From positions 1,811 through 65,810 of the forward strand of contig NZ_JBKBPI010000011.1 of the NCBI RefSeq assembly GCF_046293215.1: a stretch of DNA of 64,000 bases. Direction: 5' to 3'. The position numbers and the translations under genes were made by a program. This document shows, piece by piece, positions 1-9,373 of this stretch. Below the pieces are notes generated by a model. The model was not told where the DNA came from and ran no database searches. It was given only the letters and a program-made list of their open reading frames with translations. The stretch comes from Microcella sp. (lineage in GTDB: Bacteria; Actinomycetota; Actinomycetes; Actinomycetales; Microbacteriaceae). Position 1 is the stretch's first letter. Every line of letters begins with the position of its first letter.

Positions 1-3000
1 CTCAACGGCTTCACCATCACCCCGCGCCTCGTCGTCTCGACGTTCGCCGAGGTCGGGCCGGCGCTCGCCGCTGACGCGCGCGACCTCGCGCATCCGGTGC
101 TCGACGCCATCGCCGGCAACACGAGCGCCCGCTGGGCGGTGCAGGAGAGCCAGACGACGGTCACGCCGGTGCCGGCCGACCAGCGCCCGCCCGAGACCGA
201 CCTGCTCCTGCTCGACGCCGACGCCGAGCAGGAGGACGTCATCGCGAACGTCGCCGCCGGCAACTCGATCGTCGTGAAGACGCTGCCCGGCACGGGAGCC
301 ACGCAGACGGTCGTCAACGCGCTCGGCACGCTGATCGCCCAGAACAAGCGCGTGCTCGTCGTCAGTTCGCGTCGCGCTGCCCTCAGTTCGATCCAGCGCC
401 GCTTCATCGACATCGGGCTGCCCGGCGTCACGGTCATGCCTCGCACACTGCGCCGCGACCTGATCCGCGCCATCAGCCGCAACGAGAAGGCGCAGAAGCC
501 TCGCGTGGCCGACATCAACGAGGCGCTCGTGCGACTGCGGGGCGTGCTGCTCGACTACCGCGAGGCGCTCGGCCGCCCCGACCCGAAGCTCGGCATCAGC
601 GTCTACGACTGCGTGACCGAGCTGAGTCGCCTGGCCCTGCTGCCCAGCCCGCCGACGACGCGCGCCCGGCTCGAGCGCTCTGCCGTCGAAACCCTCGCCC
701 ACAATCGCGCGCACGCGGCCAACGTCATCGTGCAGGCGGCCAAGCTCGGCCAGTTCACGTACGGCCCGGGCGACTCGCCCTGGTACGGCGCGCGTTTTTC
801 GACGGGCGAGGAGGCGACCCGCGCCCAGGAGCGCGCCCGCCGCCTGCACACCGAGCTGGTGCCGCGGCTACTCGAGCGCGCGGTCGCCCTCGTCGCGACG
901 ACCCCCATGCGCCCGTTTGAGACGCTCGCCGAGCTGGGCACCTACCTTCGCCTGCTCACCGATCTGCGCGACACGCTCGACAAGTTCCAGCCGGCCGTGT
1001 TCGACCGCTCGCTGAGTGAGCTGATCGCCGCCACCGCGCCCCGTCGCGAGGGGTCGACGATGCCCGCGACGACGCGTCGTCGCCTCAAGGCGCTCGCGAA
1101 AGAGTACGTGCGCCCGGGCGTTCACGTGAGTGACCTGCACGACGCGCTCACGCGCATCCAGCAGCAGCGCATTTTGTGGCAGCGTTTCGCGCCTGTCGGT
1201 ATCACGCCGACCGTGCCCGTCGGCATCGCCGACGTGGCGGTCGCGTTCCAGCAGGTCGAGCAAGACCTGGAAGCGCTGGATGCTCCGCTCGGCCACACGA
1301 CGCGCGAAACGCAGCTGCTCAACCGCCGCATCGACGACCTGCAGAACACGCTCGCCGGCCTCGCCGAGCAGAGCGACGTGCTCGCGAACCTGCAGGAGCG
1401 CACCGAGCTGATGCGCGAAATGCAGCCGTGGGGTCTCACCGCACTGCTCGACGATCTCGCCCAGCGCCACGTGCCGCACGAGCAGGTCGCCGCCGAGCTT
1501 GAGCTCGCCTGGTGGCGCAGCGCCCTCGACAGCCTTCTGCAGGCTGACCGCGCACTGCTCGGCGCCGACACGGGTGTTCTCGATCGGCTCGAGTCGGACT
1601 TCCGCCTCGTCGACGAGGCGCATGCCGCCGGCAGCGCCGCCATGATGGCGTGGCAGCTGTCGGAGGCCTGGTCGATCGGCATCACCGACTGGCCCGACGA
1701 GGCCGCCGCGCTGCGCGGCTCGCTGAAGAGCGGCGCGATCACTCCCGCCGAGCTGCAGAAGCACGCGCCGCACCTGAGCCGTCCGCTCGCGCCCGTGTGG
1801 TTGAGCTCGCCGTACGACGTCCACGAGATCAGCGATGACATCCCGTTCGACGCCGTGTTCGTGCTCGACGCCGGTGCGGTCACGATCGCGGAGGTCGCGC
1901 CGGCGATCCGCCGCGGCCGCCAGGTTGTCGCCGTTGGCGACCCGGTTACGCAGACGCCGGCCGCGTTCTCGATCGCCGTCACCGACCAGCCGGCCGCCGC
2001 CGACACCAGCGACGTGGATGCGCGCCACTCGTCGAGCGCACTCGTCCAGCTCTCCGAGCTGCTTCCGACGCTCAGCCTCACGCGCTCGTACCGCGCGGGA
2101 GGCGAGGACCTCGCCGAACTCGTCAACCGTCGCTTCTACGCGGGCCGCATCGACTCGCTGCCGTGGGCCGGGTCGTTCCTCGGTCACCCGTCGATCGCGG
2201 TCGACTACCTCGATGACGGCAACGGCATGCCCGACGACGACACGGGCACGATCGAGAGCGTCGACGCCGAGGTCGACCAGGTCGTGATGCGCGTGCTCGA
2301 GCACGCCACCGCGCGGCCGAAGGAATCGCTGATGGTCATCACCGCGAGCGCCAAGCACGCGGCGCGCGTGCAGACGGCCGTGCTGCGCGCGATGCAATCG
2401 CGCCCCGACCTGCACGACTTTTTCCTCGGCGACCGCGCCGAACCGTTCGTGGTGCTGACCATTGAGCAGGCGGTCGCCCAGTCGCGCGACCGCGTCATCT
2501 TCTCGATTGGCTTCGGGCGCACCCCACACGGCCGCGTGCTGAGCGAGTTCGGGGCCCTCGGGCGCCCTGGTGGGGACCGGCTGCTGGCGGTCGCGATGAC
2601 CCGTGCGCGCCGCTTTGTGCGCATCGTGTCGTGCATCCGCGCCGATGACCTCGACGACGACCGTATGGGCCCCGGTGCTCGCGCGCTCGCCGAATTGCTC
2701 GCCGACACCGAGGCGCGTCGCACCGCCGTCGATGTGCCCGACGACAGCGATCCGATGCTGATCGACCTGGCCCGCCGACTCGAAGCGCGGGGACTGCGCA
2801 CGGCACTTGGCCACCGCGGCAAGCTGAAGCTGGTCGCCAGCCGCGGCGGCTACTGCATCGCGATCGACACCGACGCGTCACTCGGCACGATGAGCCTGCG
2901 TGAGTCGCTGCGCCTGCGCCCCGACCTGCTACGCCGCCTCGGCTGGCACTACGCCCGCGTGCACGTGTTCGAACTCTTCTCGAACCCCGACGCGGTGGCC

Positions 3001-3240
3001 GAACGCATTGTCGCGATGGCGCGTCCGGCGCCGGTTCCGCCCGCCGCTCAGCCGATCGACCGCGAGGTGGCGACGGGCCCGGTTCCGGTGCCCACGACGG
3101 CCCCCGCGTCGACGGTCACGCCCGCGCCGTCGACGACGTCGGCCGCGCCCGCCGCGTCTCCGTTCGCTCCGCCGATGCCGCCCCCGTCGGCCGAGTATCG
3201 CGCGCAGGCGGCGCACAACGAAACGCAGCCGCTGTTCTGA
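1..3240 (+). CDS. Upf1/DNA2-like SF1 helicase-family protein (DUF4011-type architecture), 5' partial, catalytic motifs degenerate
   Basis: Frame is open from base 1 (LNGFTITPRLVV...) into ORF 97..3240. Helicase-like motif layout: TLPGTGATQTV / FVLDAGAV / VAVGDPVTQTP / SYRAG. Pro/Ala-rich C-terminal tail. Confidence 0.75.
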   Translation, partial: LNGFTITPRLVVSTFAEVGPALAADARDLAHPVLDAIAGNTSARWAVQESQTTVTPVPADQRPPETDLLLLDADAEQEDVIANVAAGNSIVVKTLPGTGATQTVVNALGTLIAQNKRVLVVSSRRAALSSIQRRFIDIGLPGVTVMPRTLRRDLIRAISRNEKAQKPRVADINEALVRLRGVLLDYREALGRPDPKLGISVYDCVTELSRLALLPSPPTTRARLERSAVETLAHNRAHAANVIVQAAKLGQFTYGPGDSPWYGARFSTGEEATRAQERARRLHTELVPRLLERAVALVATTPMRPFETLAELGTYLRLLTDLRDTLDKFQPAVFDRSLSELIAATAPRREGSTMPATTRRRLKALAKEYVRPGVHVSDLHDALTRIQQQRILWQRFAPVGITPTVPVGIADVAVAFQQVEQDLEALDAPLGHTTRETQLLNRRIDDLQNTLAGLAEQSDVLANLQERTELMREMQPWGLTALLDDLAQRHVPHEQVAAELELAWWRSALDSLLQADRALLGADTGVLDRLESDFRLVDEAHAAGSAAMMAWQLSEAWSIGITDWPDEAAALRGSLKSGAITPAELQKHAPHLSRPLAPVWLSSPYDVHEISDDIPFDAVFVLDAGAVTIAEVAPAIRRGRQVVAVGDPVTQTPAAFSIAVTDQPAAADTSDVDARHSSSALVQLSELLPTLSLTRSYRAGGEDLAELVNRRFYAGRIDSLPWAGSFLGHPSIAVDYLDDGNGMPDDDTGTIESVDAEVDQVVMRVLEHATARPKESLMVITASAKHAARVQTAVLRAMQSRPDLHDFFLGDRAEPFVVLTIEQAVAQSRDRVIFSIGFGRTPHGRVLSEFGALGRPGGDRLLAVAMTRARRFVRIVSCIRADDLDDDRMGPGARALAELLADTEARRTAVDVPDDSDPMLIDLARRLEARGLRTALGHRGKLKLVASRGGYCIAIDTDASLGTMSLRESLRLRPDLLRRLGWHYARVHVFELFSNPDAVAERIVAMARPAPVPPAAQPIDREVATGPVPVPTTAPASTVTPAPSTTSAAPAASPFAPPMPPPSAEYRAQAAHNETQPLF

Positions 3241-3254
3241 TCACGCGTACCCTG

Positions 3255-3458
3255 GTGCGCGTGACCACACACGATTCGGCGGATGCTCGCGGCGAGGCTC
3301 CGCGCCCGCCTCGCGCTCGTCGCCGGGTCACCACGGCGCCCCCGCCCGGGTCTGACCCGGCGCCCGCCCGCGCCCCCCTCACTGCCGAGCCGCACCGCCA
3401 CGGCTCGGGCGAGAACGACGACCGGCTGCGGGCCGACAAGCCGCCGCACTACGCGTGA
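3255..3458 (+). CDS. possible small Arg/Pro-rich protein (67 aa)
   Basis: GTG start and mostly G/C third positions. Stop overlaps the GTG of the next gene (GTGA at 3455-3458). No recognisable domain. Confidence 0.3.
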   Translation: MRVTTHDSADARGEAPRPPRARRRVTTAPPPGSDPAPARAPLTAEPHRHGSGENDDRLRADKPPHYA

Positions 3459-3883
3459 GCGGCGTCAGCGACCTCGGCGTGCTGCTGTCGTCGATGCAGC
3501 CCGAGCTCGACCCCGACCCCTGGGTGTTTGCGGCGGCGGCCGCGCCGCTCTCGGGTGCGGAGGTGACCGTCGTGGAGACCGAGGGGGTGACCTCGGTGCT
3601 GCGCGAGCGTGATCTCCCGCCGGCGCGCAACGTCAACACCCCCGTCGAGGTGAGCGCGCCGTTCGCCCGCATCACCCTGCGCGTGCATTCCGACCTCGAG
3701 GCCGTGGGGCTTACCGCGGCCATCGCGACGGCGCTCGCGGCCGAGGGCATTCCCGCGAACGTGGTCGCCGGGTTTTTCCACGACCACGTCTTCGTTCCGT
3801 GGCCCCGTGCATCCGACGCCGTGGCGGCCCTGCGCGCGCTGAGTGACGATTCGGCGACGCCGGGCCGAGTCGCTCGGAGCTAG
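3455..3883 (+). CDS. ACT-domain-like small-molecule-binding protein
   Basis: 142 aa. The FARITLRVHSDLEAVGLTAAIATALAAEGIPANVVAGFFHDHVFVP segment resembles ACT-type regulatory domain proteins. Confidence 0.65.
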   Translation: MSGVSDLGVLLSSMQPELDPDPWVFAAAAAPLSGAEVTVVETEGVTSVLRERDLPPARNVNTPVEVSAPFARITLRVHSDLEAVGLTAAIATALAAEGIPANVVAGFFHDHVFVPWPRASDAVAALRALSDDSATPGRVARS

Positions 3884-4317
3884 CGTTCCGACGACGGCCC
3901 GCGCTGGGCGGCGAGCAGGTCGCGAATCTCGGCGAGCAGCTCGGCCTCGGTCGGGGGAGTGTCTTCTGACACGGCGGGCTCGCCGGCCTTGCGCCGCTCT
4001 TCAGCGCGACGCTTCAGCGTGTTGATCGGCAGCACGAGGGCGAAGTAGACCACGGCGGCGACGATGAGGAACTGCAGGAGCGCGCCAAGCACCGCGCCGA
4101 ACGAGATGATGGCCGGCTCGTCGGGGTTGTCGGTCGCGATCGTGATGACCGCGACGCTCGCGAGGTCGTCGGCGTTGAAGAGGGCGCCGATCGCCGGGTT
4201 GATGACCGAGTTCACGATCGCGTTCACGACCGCGGTGAACGCCGCGCCGATGACGACGGCAACGGCGAGCTCAACGACGTTGCCGCGCAGGATGAACTCT
4301 TTGAAGCCCTTCAGCAT
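3880..4317 (-). CDS. mscL: large-conductance mechanosensitive channel MscL
   Basis: 145 aa. N-terminus MLKGFKEFILRGNVVELAVAVVIGAAF, two TM segments and a charged C-terminal helix are the typical MscL signature. Confidence 0.95.
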   Translation of the reverse strand: MLKGFKEFILRGNVVELAVAVVIGAAFTAVVNAIVNSVINPAIGALFNADDLASVAVITIATDNPDEPAIISFGAVLGALLQFLIVAAVVYFALVLPINTLKRRAEERRKAGEPAVSEDTPPTEAELLAEIRDLLAAQRGPSSER

Positions 4318-4362
4318 GGTGGCTCCTTCGGGTGAAAGGACGGAAAGCTGACCGTCCCGACC

Positions 4363-4632
4363 CTAGCTGGCGGCCGCCGCCGGCGCGCTGGACGCGGTGC
4401 TCGAGCCCGACGAATTCGACCCCGAGTCGGACGACCCGGAACCCTTACCCGCGGCCGCCCGGCTGTCGGTGCGGTAGAAGCCCGAGCCGTTGAAGGTCAC
4501 CCCGGTGACCGAGAAGATCTTGCGCAGCCGCCCCTGGCACGCGGGGCATTCGGTGAGCGCGTCGTCGGTGAACGCCTGCGTGACGTCGAACGCGTTCTCG
4601 CAGGCGGTGCATCGGTACGAATACGTGGGCAT
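4363..4632 (-). CDS. FmdB-family zinc-ribbon protein
   Basis: MPTYSYRCTACENAFDV...CPACQG shows the CxxC...CxxC ribbon, followed by a Ser/Gly-rich tail. Confidence 0.85.
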   Translation of the reverse strand: MPTYSYRCTACENAFDVTQAFTDDALTECPACQGRLRKIFSVTGVTFNGSGFYRTDSRAAAGKGSGSSDSGSNSSGSSTASSAPAAAAS

Positions 4633-4667
4633 GGCGCCGTTTCCTCCGCCGTCAAGGATACGTCGGC

Positions 4668-5255
4668 TCAGAACCGTCGAATGCCACCCGGGGTGACCGC
4701 CCCGTCAACGGGCTGGTCGTGCGGTTCGTACGGGAGTTCATCCAGGATTTCGTCGTCGAAGATCACGGCGAACACGGGCGGTCGTTTGTCCATCGACCCG
4801 AGCGTCTTGTCGAAATAGCCGCGGCCCCAGCCCATGCGCATGCCGCCGTGGTCGCATGCCGCCGCGGGCACGAGCATGAGTCCCACCTCGCCCACCATGA
4901 TCGGCGGAACGATTCCGCCGATCGGCACGGGCATGCCGAGAACGTCTTCGCCTTCGTCGTCGGAGTCGTACGCCGCCCAGTCGAGCAGTCCGTCGTCGCG
5001 TGACACGGGCAGCAACACGTCAACGCCGTTCTCGCGCGCCCAGGCGAGGTAGGCGCGGGTGTCCGGCTCATTCGGCGTCGAGAGGTAGCACGCCACCGTG
5101 CGAGCACCGAGCGACTGCGTCAGGGCAATCAACTGCGCCGTGAGGGGTGCGGTGCTCGCCTCGCGCTCGGACGCCGGCCTGATACGCCGCCGCTCTCGCA
5201 GTTCGGCGCGCAGCGCCCGTTTGGCGGTGACCGGATCGCTGGGCATACCCAGCAT
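4668..5255 (-). CDS. 5-formyltetrahydrofolate cyclo-ligase
   Basis: 195 aa. GWGRGYFDKTL motif and overall MTHFS-like sequence. Confidence 0.85.
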   Translation of the reverse strand: MLGMPSDPVTAKRALRAELRERRRIRPASEREASTAPLTAQLIALTQSLGARTVACYLSTPNEPDTRAYLAWARENGVDVLLPVSRDDGLLDWAAYDSDDEGEDVLGMPVPIGGIVPPIMVGEVGLMLVPAAACDHGGMRMGWGRGYFDKTLGSMDKRPPVFAVIFDDEILDELPYEPHDQPVDGAVTPGGIRRF

Positions 5256-5304
5256 CGTAGGGCTGCCAGGGCGCGCGGAGGTGTCCCCTCGCTACGCTGA
5301 GGGC

Positions 5305-6198
5305 ATGTCGAAACCGATCACGAAAGCAGTCATCCCCGCGGCGGGGCTCGGAACACGCTTCCTGCCGGCCACGAAAGCCATGCCGAAAGAGATGCTGCCG
5401 GTTGTCGACAAGCCCGCCATCCAGTACGTGGTCGAGGAGGCCGTGACGGCCGGGCTGACCGACGTGCTCATGATCACGGGACGCAACAAGAACGCGCTCG
5501 AGAACCACTTCGATCGCGTGACCGAGCTCGAGGCGACCCTGCGCCGCAAGGGCGACGACGACCGCCTCGAGAAGATCATGGAGTCGACGAACCTCGCCGA
5601 CATGCACTACGTGCGTCAGGGTGACCCGAAGGGCCTCGGCCACGCCGTGCTGCGCGCCCGCCAGCACGTCGGCAACCAGCCGTTCGCCGTTCTGCTCGGA
5701 GACGACATCATCGACGAGCGTGACCCACTGCTGCCGCGCATGATCGATGTCGCCGCCGAGCGCGACGCCACGGTCGTCGCCCTGCTGGAGGTCGACCCCG
5801 CGCAGGCGCACCTGTACGGTGTGGCGACCGTTGAAGCGACCGACACCGACGACGTGGTCAAGATCACTGACCTCGTCGAGAAGCCCGCGCCCGGCACGGC
5901 CCCGTCGAACCTGGCCATCATCGGCCGCTACGTGCTGAAGCCGGAGATCTTCGACGTACTCGAGCACACCGAGCCGGGCAAGGGCGGCGAGATTCAGTTG
6001 ACGGATGCGCTGCTCACCCTCGCCGACGACGCCTCCTCGGGCGGCGTCTACGGCGTCGTCTTCCGTGGCCGCCGCTACGACACGGGCGACCGGCTCGACT
6101 ACATCAAGGCGATCGTGCAGTTGGCGAGCGAACGCGACGACCTGGGGCCGGAGCTGCGCAGCTGGTTGACGGAGTTCGTCGCGACGCTTGAACGCTAA
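5305..6198 (+). CDS. galU: UTP--glucose-1-phosphate uridylyltransferase
   Basis: MSKPITKAVIPAAGLGTRFLPATKAMPKEMLPVVDKPAIQYVVEEA. ATG at 5305 chosen; the track ORF from 5098 overlaps the divergent upstream gene. Confidence 0.9.
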   Translation: MSKPITKAVIPAAGLGTRFLPATKAMPKEMLPVVDKPAIQYVVEEAVTAGLTDVLMITGRNKNALENHFDRVTELEATLRRKGDDDRLEKIMESTNLADMHYVRQGDPKGLGHAVLRARQHVGNQPFAVLLGDDIIDERDPLLPRMIDVAAERDATVVALLEVDPAQAHLYGVATVEATDTDDVVKITDLVEKPAPGTAPSNLAIIGRYVLKPEIFDVLEHTEPGKGGEIQLTDALLTLADDASSGGVYGVVFRGRRYDTGDRLDYIKAIVQLASERDDLGPELRSWLTEFVATLER

Positions 6199-6207
6199 TC
6201 TCGCTCC

Positions 6208-6858
6208 ATGGCCGCGATTCCGACGCTCCGCGAGGGCGACACGGTGCTGCGGCCGATCCGTGTGCGGGATGCGCGCGCGCTCGAACGTGAACTGATCGCG
6301 AACCGCTCGTGGTTGCGCCCGTGGGAGGCGACCAGCCCGGGGGCGAACCTGGCGTGGGATACGCGGGGCAGTATCCGGGGGCTCCTGCAGCAGGCGCGCG
6401 CTGGCAGCGGCCTACCGTTCGTGATCGAGTGCGACGGAGAGTTCGCGGGCCAGCTGAACGTGTCCCAAATCACCTACGGTTCGCTCGCGTCAGCGACGCT
6501 CGGCTACTGGGTGGCTGAGCGCTTCGCCGGGCGCGGGCTGACCCCCACGGCGGTGGCGCTCGCGACCGACCACCTGTTCTTTTCGCGGGGGCTGCACCGC
6601 ATGGAGATCTGTATTCGACCCGAGAACGGGCCGAGCCTGCGCGTGGTCGAGAAGTTGGGCTTTCGCTACGAGGGGCTGCGCCGCCGCTACATCCACATTG
6701 ACGGTGATTGGCGCGACCACTTCTGCTTCGCGCTGACCGTGGAGGAGGTTCCCGTTGGCGTGTTGCACCGCTGGCGACAGGGCCGGGTGCCCGAGCACGC
6801 CGCTCACGTTCCCGAGGTCGACCGCATCGCGGCGCGCCGGGGGCTCCGTCTGCCGTAG
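6208..6858 (+). CDS. GNAT-family N-acetyltransferase (RimJ/RimL-like)
   Basis: 216 aa with RimJ-like layout: LRPIRVRDARALE...WLRPWE...GYWV...GRGL...HRMEICIRPEN..S..V.EKLGFRYEG. Confidence 0.8.
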   Translation: MAAIPTLREGDTVLRPIRVRDARALERELIANRSWLRPWEATSPGANLAWDTRGSIRGLLQQARAGSGLPFVIECDGEFAGQLNVSQITYGSLASATLGYWVAERFAGRGLTPTAVALATDHLFFSRGLHRMEICIRPENGPSLRVVEKLGFRYEGLRRRYIHIDGDWRDHFCFALTVEEVPVGVLHRWRQGRVPEHAAHVPEVDRIAARRGLRLP

Positions 6859-6876
6859 CGGCCCTACTCTCGTGCC

Positions 6877-7833
6877 ATGGCTGAGGGTTCAGGGGCCGGT
6901 ACTGCCCTACTGATTGCACTCGCAGCCGTGCTCTGGCTGTGGTACCTGATTCCGCTGTGGCGCCGACGTCGCGAGTACCTCGCGACCGAGCGCAACGCGA
7001 TCCGCTTGCAGCAGACGCTGCGCATCATGGCGCAGACGACCGAGCTGCCCGAGCCGGTGCGCGCCGAGTTGACGGCGCGCGAGGCGGCGGCGCAGCAGCG
7101 GTCGCTCGCGGCCCGTCAGCGCGAAGAGGCGGCGATCGCCCGCGCCCGTGAGGTCGCCGCGCAGCGCGCGCTGCGGGCCCGCTTGGCGGCGCAGGCCCCG
7201 GGCCTCGTCGCCGAAGTGGATGCTGCGCGCACCGGCCAGCGTCGGCTTCGCCGTTCGCGGGCGGTCACCACGCTCGTGACGTTCCTGTCGCTGATCGGAA
7301 TCGCCGTGTCGGCCGGCCTCGGCGCGTGGGCGTGGACCGCCTTCGCCTCGGTCGTCGCCGTCAGCGGCGTCGTGCTGCTCGTCGGACTCGCCCGGGCGGG
7401 CCGCCGCCGCTCCGCCGTTCTCGCGGGCAACGGCTCGCGTGCGGGGGCCAGCAGCGACTTCGTCGACTTGGCGCCGGCCACGGAGGGCCGCCGCGCCCCC
7501 CGCCAGTGGACTCCCGTGCCGCTGCCGAAGCCGCTGTACCTCGACACCGCCATCGACGCGGCCCCGCGTCCCGAGCTGCGCCGCAGCGCGATCGACCACG
7601 CCGCTGTGCTCGCTGCCGCGGCGGCCGAGGCCGAGAAGGCGCAGCGGGACACCGCCGCGTCGGCTGCCGCGTCGGCGCCGGGCGCGCCCGCCGCGACCCC
7701 GGCCGCGGCGACAGCGCCCGAGCTGGCCGCCGAGCAGCCGAGCCGCTTCGCAGCGATGGGCATGCTTGACGGTCTGCCGACGCGCGCCCCCGACCTCGAC
7801 GAGGTGCTCGAGCGACGCCGCGTCGCCGGCTGA
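6877..7833 (+). CDS. membrane-anchored Ala/Arg-rich hypothetical protein
   Basis: 318 aa. N-terminal TM (ALLIALAAVLWLWYLIPLW), coiled Ala/Arg/Gln-rich segment, and internal TM segments. Confidence 0.5.
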   Translation: MAEGSGAGTALLIALAAVLWLWYLIPLWRRRREYLATERNAIRLQQTLRIMAQTTELPEPVRAELTAREAAAQQRSLAARQREEAAIARAREVAAQRALRARLAAQAPGLVAEVDAARTGQRRLRRSRAVTTLVTFLSLIGIAVSAGLGAWAWTAFASVVAVSGVVLLVGLARAGRRRSAVLAGNGSRAGASSDFVDLAPATEGRRAPRQWTPVPLPKPLYLDTAIDAAPRPELRRSAIDHAAVLAAAAAEAEKAQRDTAASAAASAPGAPAATPAAATAPELAAEQPSRFAAMGMLDGLPTRAPDLDEVLERRRVAG

Positions 7834-7905
7834 GTCGCGACGTCCGCGTGGCCGCGACCGTGTGCATCCGGCGCGTTTCGCGGTGATAAGGTTGACGTCG
7901 TTCTA

Positions 7906-7981
7906 GGGCCTGTGGCGCAGTTGGTAGCGCGTCTCGTTCGCAATGAGAAGGTCAGGGGTTCGATTCCCCTCAGGTCCACCA
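7906..7981 (+). tRNA. tRNA-Ala (anticodon CGC), CCA encoded
   Basis: Folded by hand. Acceptor GGGCCTG/CAGGTCC with the G3:U70 alanine identity pair. D arm GCGC-AGTTGGTA-GCGC. Anticodon loop TTCGCAA. T arm AGGGG-TTCGATT-CCCCT. Discriminator A followed by CCA. Confidence 0.95.
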
Positions 7982-8027
7982 GTGCGTCTGTCTTGACCTC
8001 CGGTTCACGGTCCGTCACGCTGTCGGC

Positions 8028-8465
8028 ATGACTCCGCGGAGAATGTCTCGATTCGCCCCGATCGCGGTGGGCACAGTGGGGGTCATCGCACTCGCCGTCG
8101 GCCTCGGGGGCTGCGCCACGAGCGAGGGCGAGTCAGATGCGACGTGGCGGTTGGCGCCCCAGGTCGAGGTCGACTCTGCAACGACGACGTTCGAGATTCT
8201 CGTCAGCCGCGTGGAGTGCAACAGCGGCGTCACCGGCACCGTGAACGAGCCGTCGGTCGAGTTCGGTGACGAGGAAGTGGTCATCACGGTGCGGGTGAGC
8301 CCCGGGTCGCCGCAGGCGGCAACCTGTCAGGGCAACGACGAGGTGCCGTACACCCTCCGCCTCACTCAGCCGATCGGCGACCGAGTGCTCATCGACGGCG
8401 GCTGCCGCGGCGGGGAGGCTGCAGAAACGGTGTTCTGCGACTCAGCGGTGCGCGGTCGCCCCTAG
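8028..8465 (+). CDS. putative lipoprotein
   Basis: Signal peptide plus lipobox (VIALAVGLGGCATS); 145 aa. Confidence 0.55.
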   Translation: MTPRRMSRFAPIAVGTVGVIALAVGLGGCATSEGESDATWRLAPQVEVDSATTTFEILVSRVECNSGVTGTVNEPSVEFGDEEVVITVRVSPGSPQAATCQGNDEVPYTLRLTQPIGDRVLIDGGCRGGEAAETVFCDSAVRGRP

Positions 8466-8479
8466 GGTCGCGCCCCTGC

Positions 8480-9304
8480 TCACATCTCTTCGTGGGTCTC
8501 CGGGTCGCCACCGAATAGGCGCCCGTCGGGCCGACCGAGTGCGGTGATGGCGGACACCTCAGCATCGCTCAGGGTGAAGCCCCCGAGCTCGAGGTTCTCG
8601 CGCTGCCGCTCCGGGTTTCCCGACTTCGGGATCGGCAGCGAGCCGATCTGCTGGTGCCAGCGCAGGATCACCTGGGCAGGGGTCACCCCGTGTGCCGTTG
8701 CGGCCGACGCGACGGGCGCCGACTCCTTGACCGGGGCGGCCTTGCCGAGGGGGCTCCACCCTTCCGTGACGATGCCGTGCTCGGCGTGGAAGGCGCGCAG
8801 CTCCACCTGTGGGAAGAACGGGTGCAGCTCGATCTGGTTGACCGACGGCATCACACCCGTCGCGTCGGCCACGCGGGTCAGGTACGCGGCCGTGAAGTTC
8901 GAGACGCCGATCGAGCGCACGCGCCCCTCCTCGCGCAGGCGCACCATTGCCCGCCACGTGTCGACGTACTTGTCGACGCTCGGGTTTGGCCAGTGGATCA
9001 GATACAGGTCGAGCACATCGAGCCCGAGTCGTTCCATCGACCCGTCGAACGAGCGCAGCGTCTCGTCGTAGCCGTGGTCGCGCCCCGGCACCTTCGTCGC
9101 GACGATGATCTCGTCGCGCGGAACGGCCGTTTCTGCGATTGCGCGACCCACAGCATCCTCGTTCTGGTAGTTCACCGCCGTGTCGATAAGGCGGTATCCG
9201 GCGTCGAGGGCGCTCAGCACCGCGGCCGTTCCCTCCTCGCCGCGCAGCGGGTAGGTGCCGAAGCCGATGTCGGGCATGGTCGTTCCGTCGTTGAGAGCAG
9301 GCAT
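8480..9304 (-). CDS. aldo/keto reductase (2,5-diketo-D-gluconate reductase-like)
   Basis: 274 aa. GFGTY..., DTAVNYQNE, LDLYLIHWP and IPKS motifs. Confidence 0.9.
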   Translation of the reverse strand: MPALNDGTTMPDIGFGTYPLRGEEGTAAVLSALDAGYRLIDTAVNYQNEDAVGRAIAETAVPRDEIIVATKVPGRDHGYDETLRSFDGSMERLGLDVLDLYLIHWPNPSVDKYVDTWRAMVRLREEGRVRSIGVSNFTAAYLTRVADATGVMPSVNQIELHPFFPQVELRAFHAEHGIVTEGWSPLGKAAPVKESAPVASAATAHGVTPAQVILRWHQQIGSLPIPKSGNPERQRENLELGGFTLSDAEVSAITALGRPDGRLFGGDPETHEEM

Positions 9305-9373
9305 AGCTGCACGCTACCGCGCCTGAGCAGGCTCGCCCTGTCGAACGTCGGCGCACGCGAGTAGCCTCGCGCC

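Noticed and set aside
868-2814. 648-aa ORF antisense to the helicase-like gene, plus several other nested ORFs between 603 and 3449
   Set aside because: The composition is Arg/Gly/Ala/His-rich with no domain signature. It mirrors a well-supported sense gene. This is a typical shadow ORF of high-GC DNA.
4338-4357. GGACGG...CCGTCC hairpin as terminator of the FmdB gene (minus strand)
   Set aside because: The stem is only 6 bp with a weak T-run. It overlaps the mscL RBS region and is too weak to call.
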